Assembly: GCA_018714445.1 (NCBI GenBank)
Contig: DVNK01000063.1
Coordinates: forward strand, 5,976-69,975
Source: Candidatus Fimadaptatus faecigallinarum
GTDB lineage: Bacteria; Bacillota; Clostridia; Christensenellales; Aristaeellaceae
Direction of reading: 5' to 3'
Length of the DNA stretch: 64,000 nucleotides
Part shown: in pieces, positions 1 to 10,141 of the stretch
Numbering within the stretch: the first letter of the stretch is position 1
Layout of the letters: each line of letters opens with the position of its first letter
The notes under the pieces: model-generated
Databases searched by the model: none
Seen by the model: the letters and a program-made list of their open reading frames with translations, nothing else
Told to the model about the DNA's origin: nothing
Position numbers and translations under genes: made by a program

Positions 1-1
1 C

Positions 2-115
2 CTGACACTGCTGAGCGCCGCTTATCCGATCTATCAGCATATAACCAAAGCCGAGCGCAAGCGAATTGCGCCGGAAATAATCAGGTTAACTGAACAACTA
101 CTGGACAGAAAATGA
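2..115 (+). CDS. 3' end of an unidentified CDS entering from the left edge (...ITKAERKRIAPEIIRLTEQLLDRK*)
   Basis: Frame 2 is open from the window edge to TGA at 113-115. Too short to assign a family. Confidence 0.3.
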   Translation: MTLLSAAYPIYQHITKAERKRIAPEIIRLTEQLLDRK

Positions 116-782
116 ACTGCGCCATGTATTGCATGACGATACGCGCGTCGCATCAAATAAACATCCCGCGCGCCACCCCATTATCGAACGCCGCGATCAC
201 TGCGGCCAATCATGTGAGTTGCGCTGTCATGCACCGGCAGCGTCAGGCGCTGTTCGCGCCAGCTCAACTGCCTGATGCATTCGCGCCAACGGCAATCCTG
301 GTATTCATCAGTCAACACAACGCACAACCGCGTGTACGCATGGCCGCATCATTCTGTCGGTTCAAGCCAGTTTCCAGCGTAGGCGCTACTTCTGGCTCTT
401 ATCGATAAACAGGCATATCAGTTTTATCTCCGGCATCGGTGCGAGATAATACTGCAAATTTCATTATGCGCATATAAGAGTAATCACAGCCATCGCGTGC
501 CGCGCCGATGAAGCGGCGACAGGTCACCCCTTCAATGATTTGTCCGATTGTCATCACAGCTTCGCCTCTTGCAGCATCAGGTCGCTTCTCCCGCCGCATG
601 ACGGGTGCATTGACAACTTTTTCCATGAAGGATCGGCCTTACCCGCTTTCAATCGCCACGGCTACAATGGCCCTAGTAGCTGAGCCTAAGACAGCGTTCG
701 GCAGGCATCTTTAAACACATGAGCGCCATCCATTGAACACGCGCCCTGCTGCCGGTTGATATGCTCAGCGCCATTCTGTGGA

Positions 783-2189
783 TCAGTCCGCGGATTCCTC
801 TACTGCGATGTTGTCGTCGACCAGCCGCTTGCTGCCCAGATTCGCGCGCCGGTAGTAGGCAAGCGTCAGCACGCTGCATACCAGCCAGCCTGCCGGATAG
901 CTCATAGCCAGCGGCAAAATGGTGTTGGAAATAAAGGTGGACACGACATACAGATAGATCTGCCGGAACACCACAAACGATCCAAGCATTATTATCATTG
1001 GCGCACGGCTGTCGCCCGCGCCGCGCAGTGCGCCGGAGTACACCTGGTTGACGCAGCTGAACACATAAAAAGGAGTCAGCCAGCGCAGGAACATCGCTCC
1101 AATTCGAACTACATCCGGTTCGTCATTGAAGAACTCGACCAGGTACGGCGCTACGATCATCACCACTCCCGTAACCAGCACGGTGATGCCCATTGCCATT
1201 CCCAGCGCCATGCGCGCGCCGTACTTGGCGCGCTTGATCTGGCCTTTGCCCAGGTTCTGGCCGACAAAAGTCGTAGCCGACAATGCCAAGGACTGCATGG
1301 GCAGAAATATCAATTGATCGATCTTTGAATACGCCGTCCAGCCGCCCATGTAGTATGTGCCGAATTGATTTATATAAGACTGCACGAACACATTCGAAAA
1401 CGCCGTCACAGCCATCTGAAGCGCCGCAGGTATGCCCACTCGAATCGTCTTTTTGAGCATCTCCATATGTATCCGGATATCGCGCAGTATCACGCGAACG
1501 CAGGAATGCGAACGCATCAATGTCACCATCGTCAGCGACGCCGAAAGCGCCTGCGCTATGATCGTAGCGTACGCTACGCCCGCCACGCCCATGCCAAATA
1601 CGATGACGAATACCAGATCCAGCACCGTGTTCGTGACTGCCGCGACGAGCAGAAAGTTGAACGGCCGCTTGGAGTCGCCCACCGCACGCAGTATACCGGC
1701 GCACATATTGTAAAACAGCAGCCCTATTATGCCGGCAAAGTATATCGTCAGATACTCCTTGGCCTCGTTGTATACCTCGCCCTGCATCTTCATGAAGTTG
1801 AGCATCCACGGCGTCATGGCTATGCCGATGATCGTCATGGCCACAGTCAGTATTATCGTGAGCATGATGGCTGTATGCACGGCATCATGAACCTTTTTGT
1901 AGTCGTGCGCGCCATAATACTGCGAGATTACTACGCCTGCGCCGCTGGCCAGGCCTGTAAACAGGCCTATCAGCGTGTTGATTATCGGTCCCACATTGCC
2001 GACCGCGGCGAACGCCTCCGCGCTGACGTAATTACCGACCACCCATGTGTCGACCATGTTGTACATCTGCTGGAAGATGTTGCCTACCAGCAGCGGCAAC
2101 GCGAACGTCAGTATATGCCAGAATACGCTGCCTTCTGTCATATCGATATCGTGTTGTCGACCTTTGAAAATTCGTCCTGCCTTATTCAT
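783..2189 (-). CDS. MATE family efflux transporter
   Basis: 468 aa polytopic membrane protein with a typical MATE N-terminus (LTFALPLLVGNIFQQMYNMVDTWVVG). RBS AAGAGGGATGAGG lies upstream of the ATG. Confidence 0.9.
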   Translation of the reverse strand: MNKAGRIFKGRQHDIDMTEGSVFWHILTFALPLLVGNIFQQMYNMVDTWVVGNYVSAEAFAAVGNVGPIINTLIGLFTGLASGAGVVISQYYGAHDYKKVHDAVHTAIMLTIILTVAMTIIGIAMTPWMLNFMKMQGEVYNEAKEYLTIYFAGIIGLLFYNMCAGILRAVGDSKRPFNFLLVAAVTNTVLDLVFVIVFGMGVAGVAYATIIAQALSASLTMVTLMRSHSCVRVILRDIRIHMEMLKKTIRVGIPAALQMAVTAFSNVFVQSYINQFGTYYMGGWTAYSKIDQLIFLPMQSLALSATTFVGQNLGKGQIKRAKYGARMALGMAMGITVLVTGVVMIVAPYLVEFFNDEPDVVRIGAMFLRWLTPFYVFSCVNQVYSGALRGAGDSRAPMIIMLGSFVVFRQIYLYVVSTFISNTILPLAMSYPAGWLVCSVLTLAYYRRANLGSKRLVDDNIAVEESAD

Positions 2190-2992
2190 ACCTCATCCCT
2201 CTTACGTTTTTTGCCCGCTGCGGCAGTACCGCCAAACCGGCTGCATTTGCACTCATTATAGCACTGCATTTTACAGGAATCAATCAATTTGGACAAATAA
2301 AAGCTCTACGCAGTATTTAACCAAATCGCGCCCAGCCGTCAAATCCTCAATGGCTCTACGCGGGAGTCTGCGCAGAACCTACTACCGGGCAAGACGCGAC
2401 TTCATTCGACTCGGCAGCTGCGCCCAACGATTTCATCTCCGTTCATCTGCTTTGCAAAATCACGCACATCTGTCCCTCATAGTGTGTCAGCTCTATTTCC
2501 GCATGCTAGATTTACAGCCCGCACTGATTTGATATTACCGCGCATATACTGACATGTTGAAACGCTGCATCCGGTAAATACATGTATTACAAAGGTACGG
2601 TTGCGCAGCGGCAAACTTGAGCATAAGCATTGAGTATTTGCATTTATCTTATCCACTTATCATGTAGTTACAGTCTCGATCTATATTTCACGCAATTGCG
2701 ATACTGTCCCCATCGGTAAAGAATCCTCATTCGTCACATCTGACATTCAGCACTGCCTCCATGCTATACAAGACAAGACGGCAGTCAGATAAATCTGCTG
2801 CCGTCTGGAAACACTCTGAGCTGGTCACACCAACATTGGGATTCATATGTTTGTAACTTTGCCCCGATAAGCTTTTATGTCGCAGTATGCTAATAACCCA
2901 TTTGAGTCTGAAGCCGCACGCTCGCCGATTGTCGCCTGAATCGACCTGACAAAAGCCCAGACAGCGCGCGTCGGCTTACGCGCTTCGCTGTA

Positions 2993-3535
2993 TCAGCGCG
3001 GCATGCCCATGCGGCTAAACGCCGTCATGATGCTGTCAACGCCCAACAACACGAGATAGATGCATGCAAAGTAGCGGATCGCACTCAATGTAAACACCGG
3101 ACTCAGTAGCATCATGAAGCCCAGTACCAGTCCAATCACATTGATTATAAGCGTAATATAATACATTGCGTCGCCGGCCGTGTAGCGCACATAATTTATC
3201 TGGGACAGTTTGGAAATACAATGCGCGATGAACCAAAGCGGGAACAGAAACGTCAGCGCTATCGTAGCCGCGCTGGGGTAAACCAGCAGCACCATACCTG
3301 ACATGACGCTGAGTATGCCGGAAATCAACGATATCATGGGGCCAAATCCGGTATACCGTTCCACTTCAATGTACATTACGATATCGACCACGCCCATTAT
3401 GATTGCGGCAATTCCATAGGCAAACACCATGCCCGTCAATGCACGACCGGGATTTGCAAATGCCCATATTCCCAGTATGATCAACAGTATGCCGGTGACC
3501 AGTTCAAGCCAGCCAAACCCAGAGCGCCTTCTCAT
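2993..3535 (-). CDS. HdeD/DUF308 family small membrane protein
   Basis: 180 aa with six hydrophobic segments and a DUF308-like repeated W..L..GIL.I.LGI pattern. Its start overlaps the ftsH stop by 4 nt (ATGA), suggesting translational coupling. Confidence 0.7.
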   Translation of the reverse strand: MRRRSGFGWLELVTGILLIILGIWAFANPGRALTGMVFAYGIAAIIMGVVDIVMYIEVERYTGFGPMISLISGILSVMSGMVLLVYPSAATIALTFLFPLWFIAHCISKLSQINYVRYTAGDAMYYITLIINVIGLVLGFMMLLSPVFTLSAIRYFACIYLVLLGVDSIMTAFSRMGMPR

Positions 3536-5367
3536 CGCTTCTCGCCTCCAGTCAGAATCTTCATGAACTCCTCTCCGGTAATCGTCTCGCGCTCATAAAG
3601 GAAGCTGGCCAGCTCATCCAACTTGGCGCGGTTGCTTTGAAGTATATTGCGAGCCCGATCGTGCTGTTTCTTGATCAGGTCGACCACCTTCATGTCGATC
3701 TCCTTCTGCGTATCAGGAGAGCATGTCAGCGACGCATCGCCGCCCAGATACTGATTGTTCACGGTCTCCATGGCCACCATGTCGAACTCGTCGCTCATGC
3801 CATATCGACTTATCATCGCTCGGGCAAGCTTTGTAGCCTGTTCGATATCGTTGGATGCGCCGGTCGTCACCGAACCAAATGCGACCTCCTCAGCCGCACG
3901 TCCGCCGGTGAGAGTAGCTATCTTGTTCTCCAGTTCTTCCTTGCTCATCAGGTACTTGTCGCCGGTTTCGACCTGCATGGTGTAGCCCAGCGCGCCGGAT
4001 GTGCGAGGTATGATCGTGATCTTCTGTACCGGCGCGGAGTTGCTCTGCAGCGCCGCCACCAGCGCATGGCCAATCTCGTGATATGCCACCACGCGTTTTT
4101 CCTGGTCGGAAAGCACTGCGTTCTTCTTCTGATAGCCGGCTATGACTACCTCTATGCTCTCCTCAAGGTCGGACTGCTTGACTATCGTGCGCCCGTCGCG
4201 CACCGCACGCAGCGCCGCCTCATTGATTATATTGGCCAGTTCAGCGCCCGATGCGCCGGCTGCCATTCGCGCTATGCTGTGGAAATCGACGTCGTCCGCC
4301 GTCTTGATCTTCTTTGCGTGGACCTTCAATATGGCTTCGCGGCCCTTGAGGTCGGGCAGTTCCACCGGTACGCGCCGGTCAAAGCGGCCCGGCCGCGTGA
4401 GCGCCGGATCCAGCGATTCCGGACGGTTTGTCGCCGCCAGTATTATCACGCCGTTATTGCCTTCAAAGCCGTCCATCTCGGTCAACAGCTGATTCAACGT
4501 CTGCTCGCGCTCATCGTTGCCGCCATAGCTGCTGCCCGAATTGCGCTTTTGACCTATGGCGTCTATTTCATCTATGAACACTATGCACGGTGCCTTTTCC
4601 TTGGCCTGCTTAAACAGATCGCGCACCTTGGATGCGCCCATGCCCACAAACATCTCCACAAACTCAGAGCCCGATATCGAGAAGAACGGCACATTCGCCT
4701 CACCAGCCACAGCCTTGGCCAGCATCGTCTTACCGGTTCCGGGAGGGCCCACAAGCAGTATGCCTTTAGGCATCGACGCACCGGCGTCAGTATACTTCTT
4801 GGGATTGTGCAGATAGTCCACTATTTCCTGCAGGCTCTCTTTGGCCTCGTCTTCGCCGGCCACGTCGGTAAAGCGTATGCCCTGCGTCGACGGCACATAG
4901 ACCTTGGCATTGCTCTTGCCAAACGTCATGGCATTTTTGCCGCCAGCCTGGTTTATCAGCTTCTTGCTCATGTACTGCCCCAGTCCAACGAATATCAGTA
5001 TGGGCAGTATCGTGGTCAGGAACAGGCTCATAAGCGGCGAGGCAGGTTCCTCCATGACCCGCGTGAACTGTGCGCCCGCTTCGTGCAGCCGCTCGGTGAG
5101 CGTCGGATCATCCATAGGCACAGTCTCATATATAGAGGTGCCTTCCTTGTCGGTGAACAGTATCTGGGTATCCTCCACCTGTACCATGCCGATGTCCTTA
5201 GCATCGATCATGTCCATGAATTTGCCATAGTCCACCTCGACGACCTGCTGCTGGTACATCGACGGCAATATGAACATATTGAATATGATATTAAACAGGA
5301 AAATTACCAGCAGCACGATGCCATAGTAGTAGATAAGTGGCTTTTTGGGCGATTTAACTTCTTTCAT
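3532..5367 (-). CDS. ftsH: ATP-dependent zinc metalloprotease FtsH
   Basis: 611 aa with Walker A GPPGTGKT, the SRH region, the zinc site HEIGHA and an N-terminal TM pair. Confidence 0.97.
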   Translation of the reverse strand: MKEVKSPKKPLIYYYGIVLLVIFLFNIIFNMFILPSMYQQQVVEVDYGKFMDMIDAKDIGMVQVEDTQILFTDKEGTSIYETVPMDDPTLTERLHEAGAQFTRVMEEPASPLMSLFLTTILPILIFVGLGQYMSKKLINQAGGKNAMTFGKSNAKVYVPSTQGIRFTDVAGEDEAKESLQEIVDYLHNPKKYTDAGASMPKGILLVGPPGTGKTMLAKAVAGEANVPFFSISGSEFVEMFVGMGASKVRDLFKQAKEKAPCIVFIDEIDAIGQKRNSGSSYGGNDEREQTLNQLLTEMDGFEGNNGVIILAATNRPESLDPALTRPGRFDRRVPVELPDLKGREAILKVHAKKIKTADDVDFHSIARMAAGASGAELANIINEAALRAVRDGRTIVKQSDLEESIEVVIAGYQKKNAVLSDQEKRVVAYHEIGHALVAALQSNSAPVQKITIIPRTSGALGYTMQVETGDKYLMSKEELENKIATLTGGRAAEEVAFGSVTTGASNDIEQATKLARAMISRYGMSDEFDMVAMETVNNQYLGGDASLTCSPDTQKEIDMKVVDLIKKQHDRARNILQSNRAKLDELASFLYERETITGEEFMKILTGGEKR

Positions 5368-5792
5368 TGCGTTCTCCCTTCTTCCTGCTGAGTCAGTTGA
5401 GCGTTGATGGCATCCATGGAGAGCAGCAGTGCCCTATCCGCCGCCTGGTGCGCAAAATCCAGCGCGTACTCGGCCAGCAGTATCTTCTCCTCCACGACGG
5501 ATTCTGCATCCGGGCTTTCCGCTGCCAGCGCCTGCAACTGCGCCTTGGATTTTTGAATTATCTGTTCCATCTGGTCATACCCCCGAGCCAGTACGGACAC
5601 CAGATCTGACTTAGAATGCCGCATGTTTAGCCTAAGAGCCGACTCGGCCGCGGCGCACTCCCGCTCAAGCATATCTATTTGCTGTTGCAATTGACTATGG
5701 CTGGCAGTTTCACTCATCTGTATGCGGCTATGCAGTCTTCCGACCCGGTCGTCCAACTGGCACAGCTTCACAGAGAGTATTCCATGTGACAT
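5364..5792 (-). CDS. hypothetical helical (coiled-coil-like) protein, translationally coupled to ftsH
   Basis: 142 aa, Q/E/L/A-rich. Strong RBS AAGGAGGAGG upstream. Its stop overlaps the ftsH ATG by 4 nt. No family recognised. Confidence 0.6.
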   Translation of the reverse strand: MSHGILSVKLCQLDDRVGRLHSRIQMSETASHSQLQQQIDMLERECAAAESALRLNMRHSKSDLVSVLARGYDQMEQIIQKSKAQLQALAAESPDAESVVEEKILLAEYALDFAHQAADRALLLSMDAINAQLTQQEEGRTQ

Positions 5793-5930
5793 ATCCTAGC
5801 ACCTCCTCCTTGGCTTTAATTATAATACCCTTTCGCCTGAAACTCAATAACCACAAACATGCAGCTGTATAGACACAAACGCCAGAGTGTAAAGCTGCTT
5901 TACACTCTGGCGCATATGACAAATTCAACT

Positions 5931-6473
5931 TCAGCAGGCGTCCCGCGGAGCAATGCCTTCCGTCATCAGGCGAAACACGGTGTGCACTATCAGATCCAGA
6001 TTCTTCGTATCCGCGTCTGTCCAGTTCCGCAGTATGCCTATTATCGCCTGACTGTGATAGCGCAATATCAGTCGTACCTCAAATCGGGTGCAGTTCTGAT
6101 ATAGTCCCTCTTCGTCGCACGCCTGCTCGAACAGCCTTTCGACGTATTTGACCAGAAACTGCTCCAACTCATCCCGATAGCTGCTGACCATGCCCTTTTT
6201 TACATATGGAAGCGCGTTGAGCGCCATGACGAACAGGTACCTGAGCCGCGCCTCGCCATTGCCCAGAGCTTTGGCTTCCAGCATCGTGCGTTCGGTGTCC
6301 CGCTCAAACATCCATCTAAACAGCGCCGGAATATCCTCAAAGTGATAGTAAAATGCCTGCCGGGTGATCTGACACTCTCCCACTATGTCCTTCACTGTCA
6401 GCTTTTTGACTCCCTTTTCCATCAACAGGGTCTTGGCCGCCTGGGCAATAGTCTCCTTCATGTCGACTGGCAC
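5931..6473 (-). CDS. TetR/AcrR family transcriptional regulator
   Basis: 180 aa with the N-terminal HTH signature (LTVKDIVGECQITRQAFYYHF). GTG start 8 nt after GGGAGGG; an alternative ATG lies 12 nt downstream. Confidence 0.9.
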   Translation of the reverse strand: MPVDMKETIAQAAKTLLMEKGVKKLTVKDIVGECQITRQAFYYHFEDIPALFRWMFERDTERTMLEAKALGNGEARLRYLFVMALNALPYVKKGMVSSYRDELEQFLVKYVERLFEQACDEEGLYQNCTRFEVRLILRYHSQAIIGILRNWTDADTKNLDLIVHTVFRLMTEGIAPRDAC

Positions 6474-6998
6474 TTTGGTTTCCCTCCCAACACATATTGC
6501 GAAGCGGTTTCGTCACATTTCGGCACTCTGTGCGCCTTATAATATTATACTGGTATTCAGTGCGGCTTTCAACCGTTTTCGTGTATCAGCGTCCGGAATT
6601 CCAGATCCCGGCATCGCATTATCAGTATGACATCACTGGCGACCTGCGCATCATGCGTTTGCCATGCTTAATATGCCGCCGCATACATTACATAATTTAA
6701 ATTTAGTCGGGTATGTGGGCGCTGCTTCAAACTGATGCAATATCAAAGTCCACGTCGATATTGGAGCATGCCGCGGCAAGCGGGCAGCCGCCAGTGCAGC
6801 ATTACAAAACGGCGCTCGCGGAACATTGTGATTACAATCAGGCACAACCCCTGCGCAAGTCCGGCAACGATGCAATTGTATTATCGCGTTTCAGCACGTA
6901 CTTACAACATCCGGACATATGTGTAAACATTGCAGAAATTGCAGCCGACAAGGAATCAATTCGCTGGTTAGTATCCGACTTCATCCTGATTTAGGCAA

Positions 6999-7025
6999 CA
7001 AAAAAGCCAGTCACTATTGACTGGC
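6999..7025 (-). terminator. intrinsic terminator downstream of tRNA-Thr
   Basis: Minus-strand hairpin GCCAGTCA-atagt-TGACTGGC followed by TTTTTT. Confidence 0.6.
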
Positions 7026-7029
7026 TAAC

Positions 7030-7105
<76 letters not shown>

Positions 7106-7149
7106 ATCACCTTTGAGTACCTTTGCCGTAGAGCGTGGCAACGGAAATA

Positions 7150-7178
7150 AGTATACCATGGATCGCGGATTTTGTCAA
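7150..7178 (-). promoter_or_regulatory. candidate sigma-A promoter for tRNA-Thr
   Basis: Minus strand reads TTGACA, an 18-nt spacer, then TGgTATACT (extended -10), about 45 nt upstream of the tRNA 5' end. Confidence 0.45.
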
Positions 7179-7375
7179 TAGCTTGCAGAATATTTTTTTC
7201 GCTTTTTTGAGCGCTTGCACATGGCGCTACTACATTTAGCGCCTGACATCTCATCATATGGCGCGCTGCGCCGGGCTCACGCTGCCTGGAGCAATTTAAA
7301 GGCGCGAACCGCTTCCGGCGATCCGCGCCCCATTATATGCTTAGACGATATCAGTCGATGCTGAACCGCCTGGAT

Positions 7376-8626
7376 TTACTTGCGCCGCTTGAGGTACTTG
7401 TCGACCTTGGCTTTCATGTCATCGGACACCTTGCCATCAAACGGGAAAACCGGCGCGTTGGCCACCTTGTCGGTAAACGTGAACGCATACCTGAGCGTCT
7501 TGCCCAATGCGTCCGCCGACAGGAAGTCCATCGTATCGCGATGGTCGTGTATGAACCCCGCGCCCGGCGCCGCAAACCGCGCAAAGTTGACCGCCGCAAC
7601 GCCATGATCTGCAAACGGTATCGAATCGCTGGAATACGTGTCGGACGACACATCCACCGGGAAGCCGTTCTCGCGCATCATGCCGCGTACATAGTGTTCC
7701 AGTGCATCGTCGCCCATGACTATGCACTTGTCGCTGCCCAGTATCGGCGCAGCCACATCCACATTTATCATGATCTTGTGGCGCTTCAGCTCAGCTTCGT
7801 GCGCCTCGCAGAAGTGCGTGCTGCCGCACAGCCCGACTTCCTCCGATCCGAACCACATGAATTTAAGCGTCCGCCGCGCCGGATGCGCGCTGAAGTGACG
7901 CATGAGCTCGGTCAATATCACGCTGCCCGCGCCGTTGTCATAAACGCCCTTGGAATACTCCACGCTGTCGTAGTGCGCGCCCAGCGACACTATTTCGTCA
8001 GGGTATGTCGTGCCCGGTATCGTCGCATACACATTATGGCTGGTCAGCTCGACATTGCGCGCGCGTACCACCATGCGCACACGGCTTGCACCGCGACGCA
8101 CCATGTCCAGCGCATCCGCCGCGCGCACATTCACCGCATACAGATCGCCGAACGCGTCGGTCATCTTGGGCCGGAGCATGCGCAGCGCCAGTTCCATATC
8201 CTCGGGGGTATCCTGTATGCTGCCCGAGAACGCTATCGCACCCAGCGCCCCCGCGCGCTTTATGCGCTCATATGGATCATAGTTCAGATAGCCATTGTAC
8301 AGCACTATCTTGCCCTTCGCATCCACAAGGTTCGCATCCAGCGCATTTTCGACATATACAAGTTCGGCCTCGATGCCCTCGTCGCCGGTATCCAGCGAGC
8401 GGCGCATGCCCGTAACCTCATACGTCTGCCGATACGGCTCCAGCACCTCAAGCGTCGCGCGCTCTACCACGCCGTCGCGCACGGTGAACGGCTCTATCTC
8501 ATGCTCTACGCCCACCGCCTGCGCCTCTTGCGCCAGTATCTGCGCCGCCTTCAATTCCTCGTCAGTGCCGCTCATGCGCGTGAACGCCAGCCTGCCCAGC
8601 AGCTCAAATGCCCGATTTGCATTCAT
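7376..8626 (-). CDS. M28 family metallopeptidase (aminopeptidase with PA domain)
   Basis: About 416 aa with M28-type motifs (GAHYDS, DNGAGS, FGSEEVGLCGS). The track start at 8632 is TTG; the ATG at 8626 sits about 9 nt after AGGGTGG. Confidence 0.85.
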   Translation of the reverse strand: MNANRAFELLGRLAFTRMSGTDEELKAAQILAQEAQAVGVEHEIEPFTVRDGVVERATLEVLEPYRQTYEVTGMRRSLDTGDEGIEAELVYVENALDANLVDAKGKIVLYNGYLNYDPYERIKRAGALGAIAFSGSIQDTPEDMELALRMLRPKMTDAFGDLYAVNVRAADALDMVRRGASRVRMVVRARNVELTSHNVYATIPGTTYPDEIVSLGAHYDSVEYSKGVYDNGAGSVILTELMRHFSAHPARRTLKFMWFGSEEVGLCGSTHFCEAHEAELKRHKIMINVDVAAPILGSDKCIVMGDDALEHYVRGMMRENGFPVDVSSDTYSSDSIPFADHGVAAVNFARFAAPGAGFIHDHRDTMDFLSADALGKTLRYAFTFTDKVANAPVFPFDGKVSDDMKAKVDKYLKRRK

Positions 8627-8657
8627 ATCCAATCGCCACCCTGTATCAAACTCCGGC

Positions 8658-9920
8658 TCAGCGCCGGGCCATTTCCGCCTCTATCTCATCTATCGACCGC
8701 GGTATGTCGCGCGACAGGTTCTCGCAGCCGTCCTCCAGCACCAGGCAGTTGTCCTCCAGCCGGAAACCTATGCCCCACTCCTCGCAGTAGATGCCAATGT
8801 CCACGCAGAATACCATGCCCGGTGCGACCGGATGCGCCATGTCCACGACGTCGTGCGTGTCAAAGCCCACATGATGCGCGCCGCCATGCCACATGTACTT
8901 GCCCACGTCCTCATACTTGTCGCACAGGCCGATGCCTTTGAGCTGCTCAAAGCAGTACCGGCGCGCCGTTTGATCGACCGACGCCATGGGCATGCCGGGC
9001 TTTATTATCGAGAACATGTAGTTGGACGTGTTGTACGCACAGGTATAGAGCAGCCGCTGCTTCTCGGAGAACTTGCCGTTGCACGGGAAACCGCGCGACA
9101 CGTCGTTGCCCAGGTTGTCCCAGCAAGCGCCCACGTCGTTGAGTATCATGTCGCCGTCCTGCGCGCGACCGGTATAGGAGTAATAATGTATGCAGAAGTT
9201 GTTATTGCCCGCGGATATTATCGGTTGGAATGCCGGCTCCAGCACGCCGTTGCGCGTGAGCGCCGCGTCAAATATGGCCTTGTACTCATACTCGTACATC
9301 CCGGGCTTGGACGCGTGCATCATGTCCAATATGCCCTCGCGGGTTATCGTCATGGCCTTGCGCATGGCCTCCAGCTCGCACGGCTTCTTGAACGTGCGCA
9401 TGGACTTGAGCAAGGGCAGCAGATTGTGCGACTCCAGCGCCGGATACGCCTTGAGCGCGCGGTTGGTGAACTCTACTGACTCATTGTCCGCTTCGGCAAA
9501 GCTCAGCCGGTCTATGTCCGTCCACAGCTCAAGCCGTGCAGCGGCGCTCGCTGCCTTGTGGAAGCGCGTCTCGAACTCGCTCAGATACGCTATGTCCTGT
9601 ATGCCGGTCAGCTCGCGCGCCTCGTCGGGCTTCATGCGACGGCCGGTCCAGCGCTCGGCATGCGCGTCGGGCGGCAGTATGAACAGCGTCTCATGCACAT
9701 CTTCGCCGTGCTTTTCAGCCATGAAGATGAACCCCTGAGTAGTGGCGTCGCACGCGCCTGTCACGTAGGCAAAGTTGCGGTTGCAGTAGAAGTTATAGTA
9801 CGCGTCGGCCGAACGCCGCGGCGCATGGCCCGCCAGCAGCACTATCAGCGCGCTTTCGCCTACGCGGCTATACAGTTCTTTGCGATTTGCGATGTAAAAG
9901 CTCTTGTCCATCTTGCCCAT
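8658..9920 (-). CDS. M24 family Xaa-Pro aminopeptidase / prolidase-like peptidase
   Basis: 420 aa with a creatinase-like N-domain and a pita-bread C-domain (DMILNDVGA, HGGAHHVGFDTHD, FRLEDN). The alternative start at 9911 has better RBS spacing. Confidence 0.9.
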   Translation of the reverse strand: MGKMDKSFYIANRKELYSRVGESALIVLLAGHAPRRSADAYYNFYCNRNFAYVTGACDATTQGFIFMAEKHGEDVHETLFILPPDAHAERWTGRRMKPDEARELTGIQDIAYLSEFETRFHKAASAAARLELWTDIDRLSFAEADNESVEFTNRALKAYPALESHNLLPLLKSMRTFKKPCELEAMRKAMTITREGILDMMHASKPGMYEYEYKAIFDAALTRNGVLEPAFQPIISAGNNNFCIHYYSYTGRAQDGDMILNDVGACWDNLGNDVSRGFPCNGKFSEKQRLLYTCAYNTSNYMFSIIKPGMPMASVDQTARRYCFEQLKGIGLCDKYEDVGKYMWHGGAHHVGFDTHDVVDMAHPVAPGMVFCVDIGIYCEEWGIGFRLEDNCLVLEDGCENLSRDIPRSIDEIEAEMARR

Positions 9921-10141
9921 CCCTTTCCAACGCCGCGCGGCGCAGATGCGCCGCGCGACCGTATGTGCTTTACGTGTCTATGGCTGTAATTGATTGATGC
10001 ATGCGCGTGCGCTCATACGCAACTGATCGCATGCGCATTGGTTGCGCGCTTACCGCATTTGCAGTTGTCCGCGTCTTCACCCGTGCGAACGCATGCGTTG
10101 AATATCGCCGCACGGGCGCATGCGTTTCACGCGTTCGCGGC

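Noticed and set aside
399-626. 75-aa minus-strand ORF in the otherwise gene-free 116..782 region
   Set aside because: The RBS is weak and no family is recognised. Third codon positions are AT-rich (ATC/ATT, AAA, GAT, TAT), unlike neighbouring genes. It may be decayed or foreign DNA, but I cannot support it as a CDS.
2261-2990. About 730 bp of AT-richer non-coding DNA upstream of the MATE gene, as a possible riboswitch or sRNA (e.g. guanidine/ykkC class)
   Set aside because: No conserved riboswitch core was recognised. The only features are a hairpin (AGACGGCAG-13 nt-CTGCCGTCT, 2777-2807), likely the terminator of the ftsH unit, and an extended -10 promoter near 2235-2260. This is not enough to call a feature.
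6474-7029. AT-richer gene-free DNA next to tRNA-Thr, as a possible genomic-island or integration boundary, including ORFs 6651..6875 and 6713..6994
   Set aside because: There is no integrase, no direct repeat of the tRNA 3' end, and the ORFs lack an RBS and recognisable domains. The region is adequately explained by the TetR promoter (TTGAAA-17-TATAAT) and the tRNA terminator.
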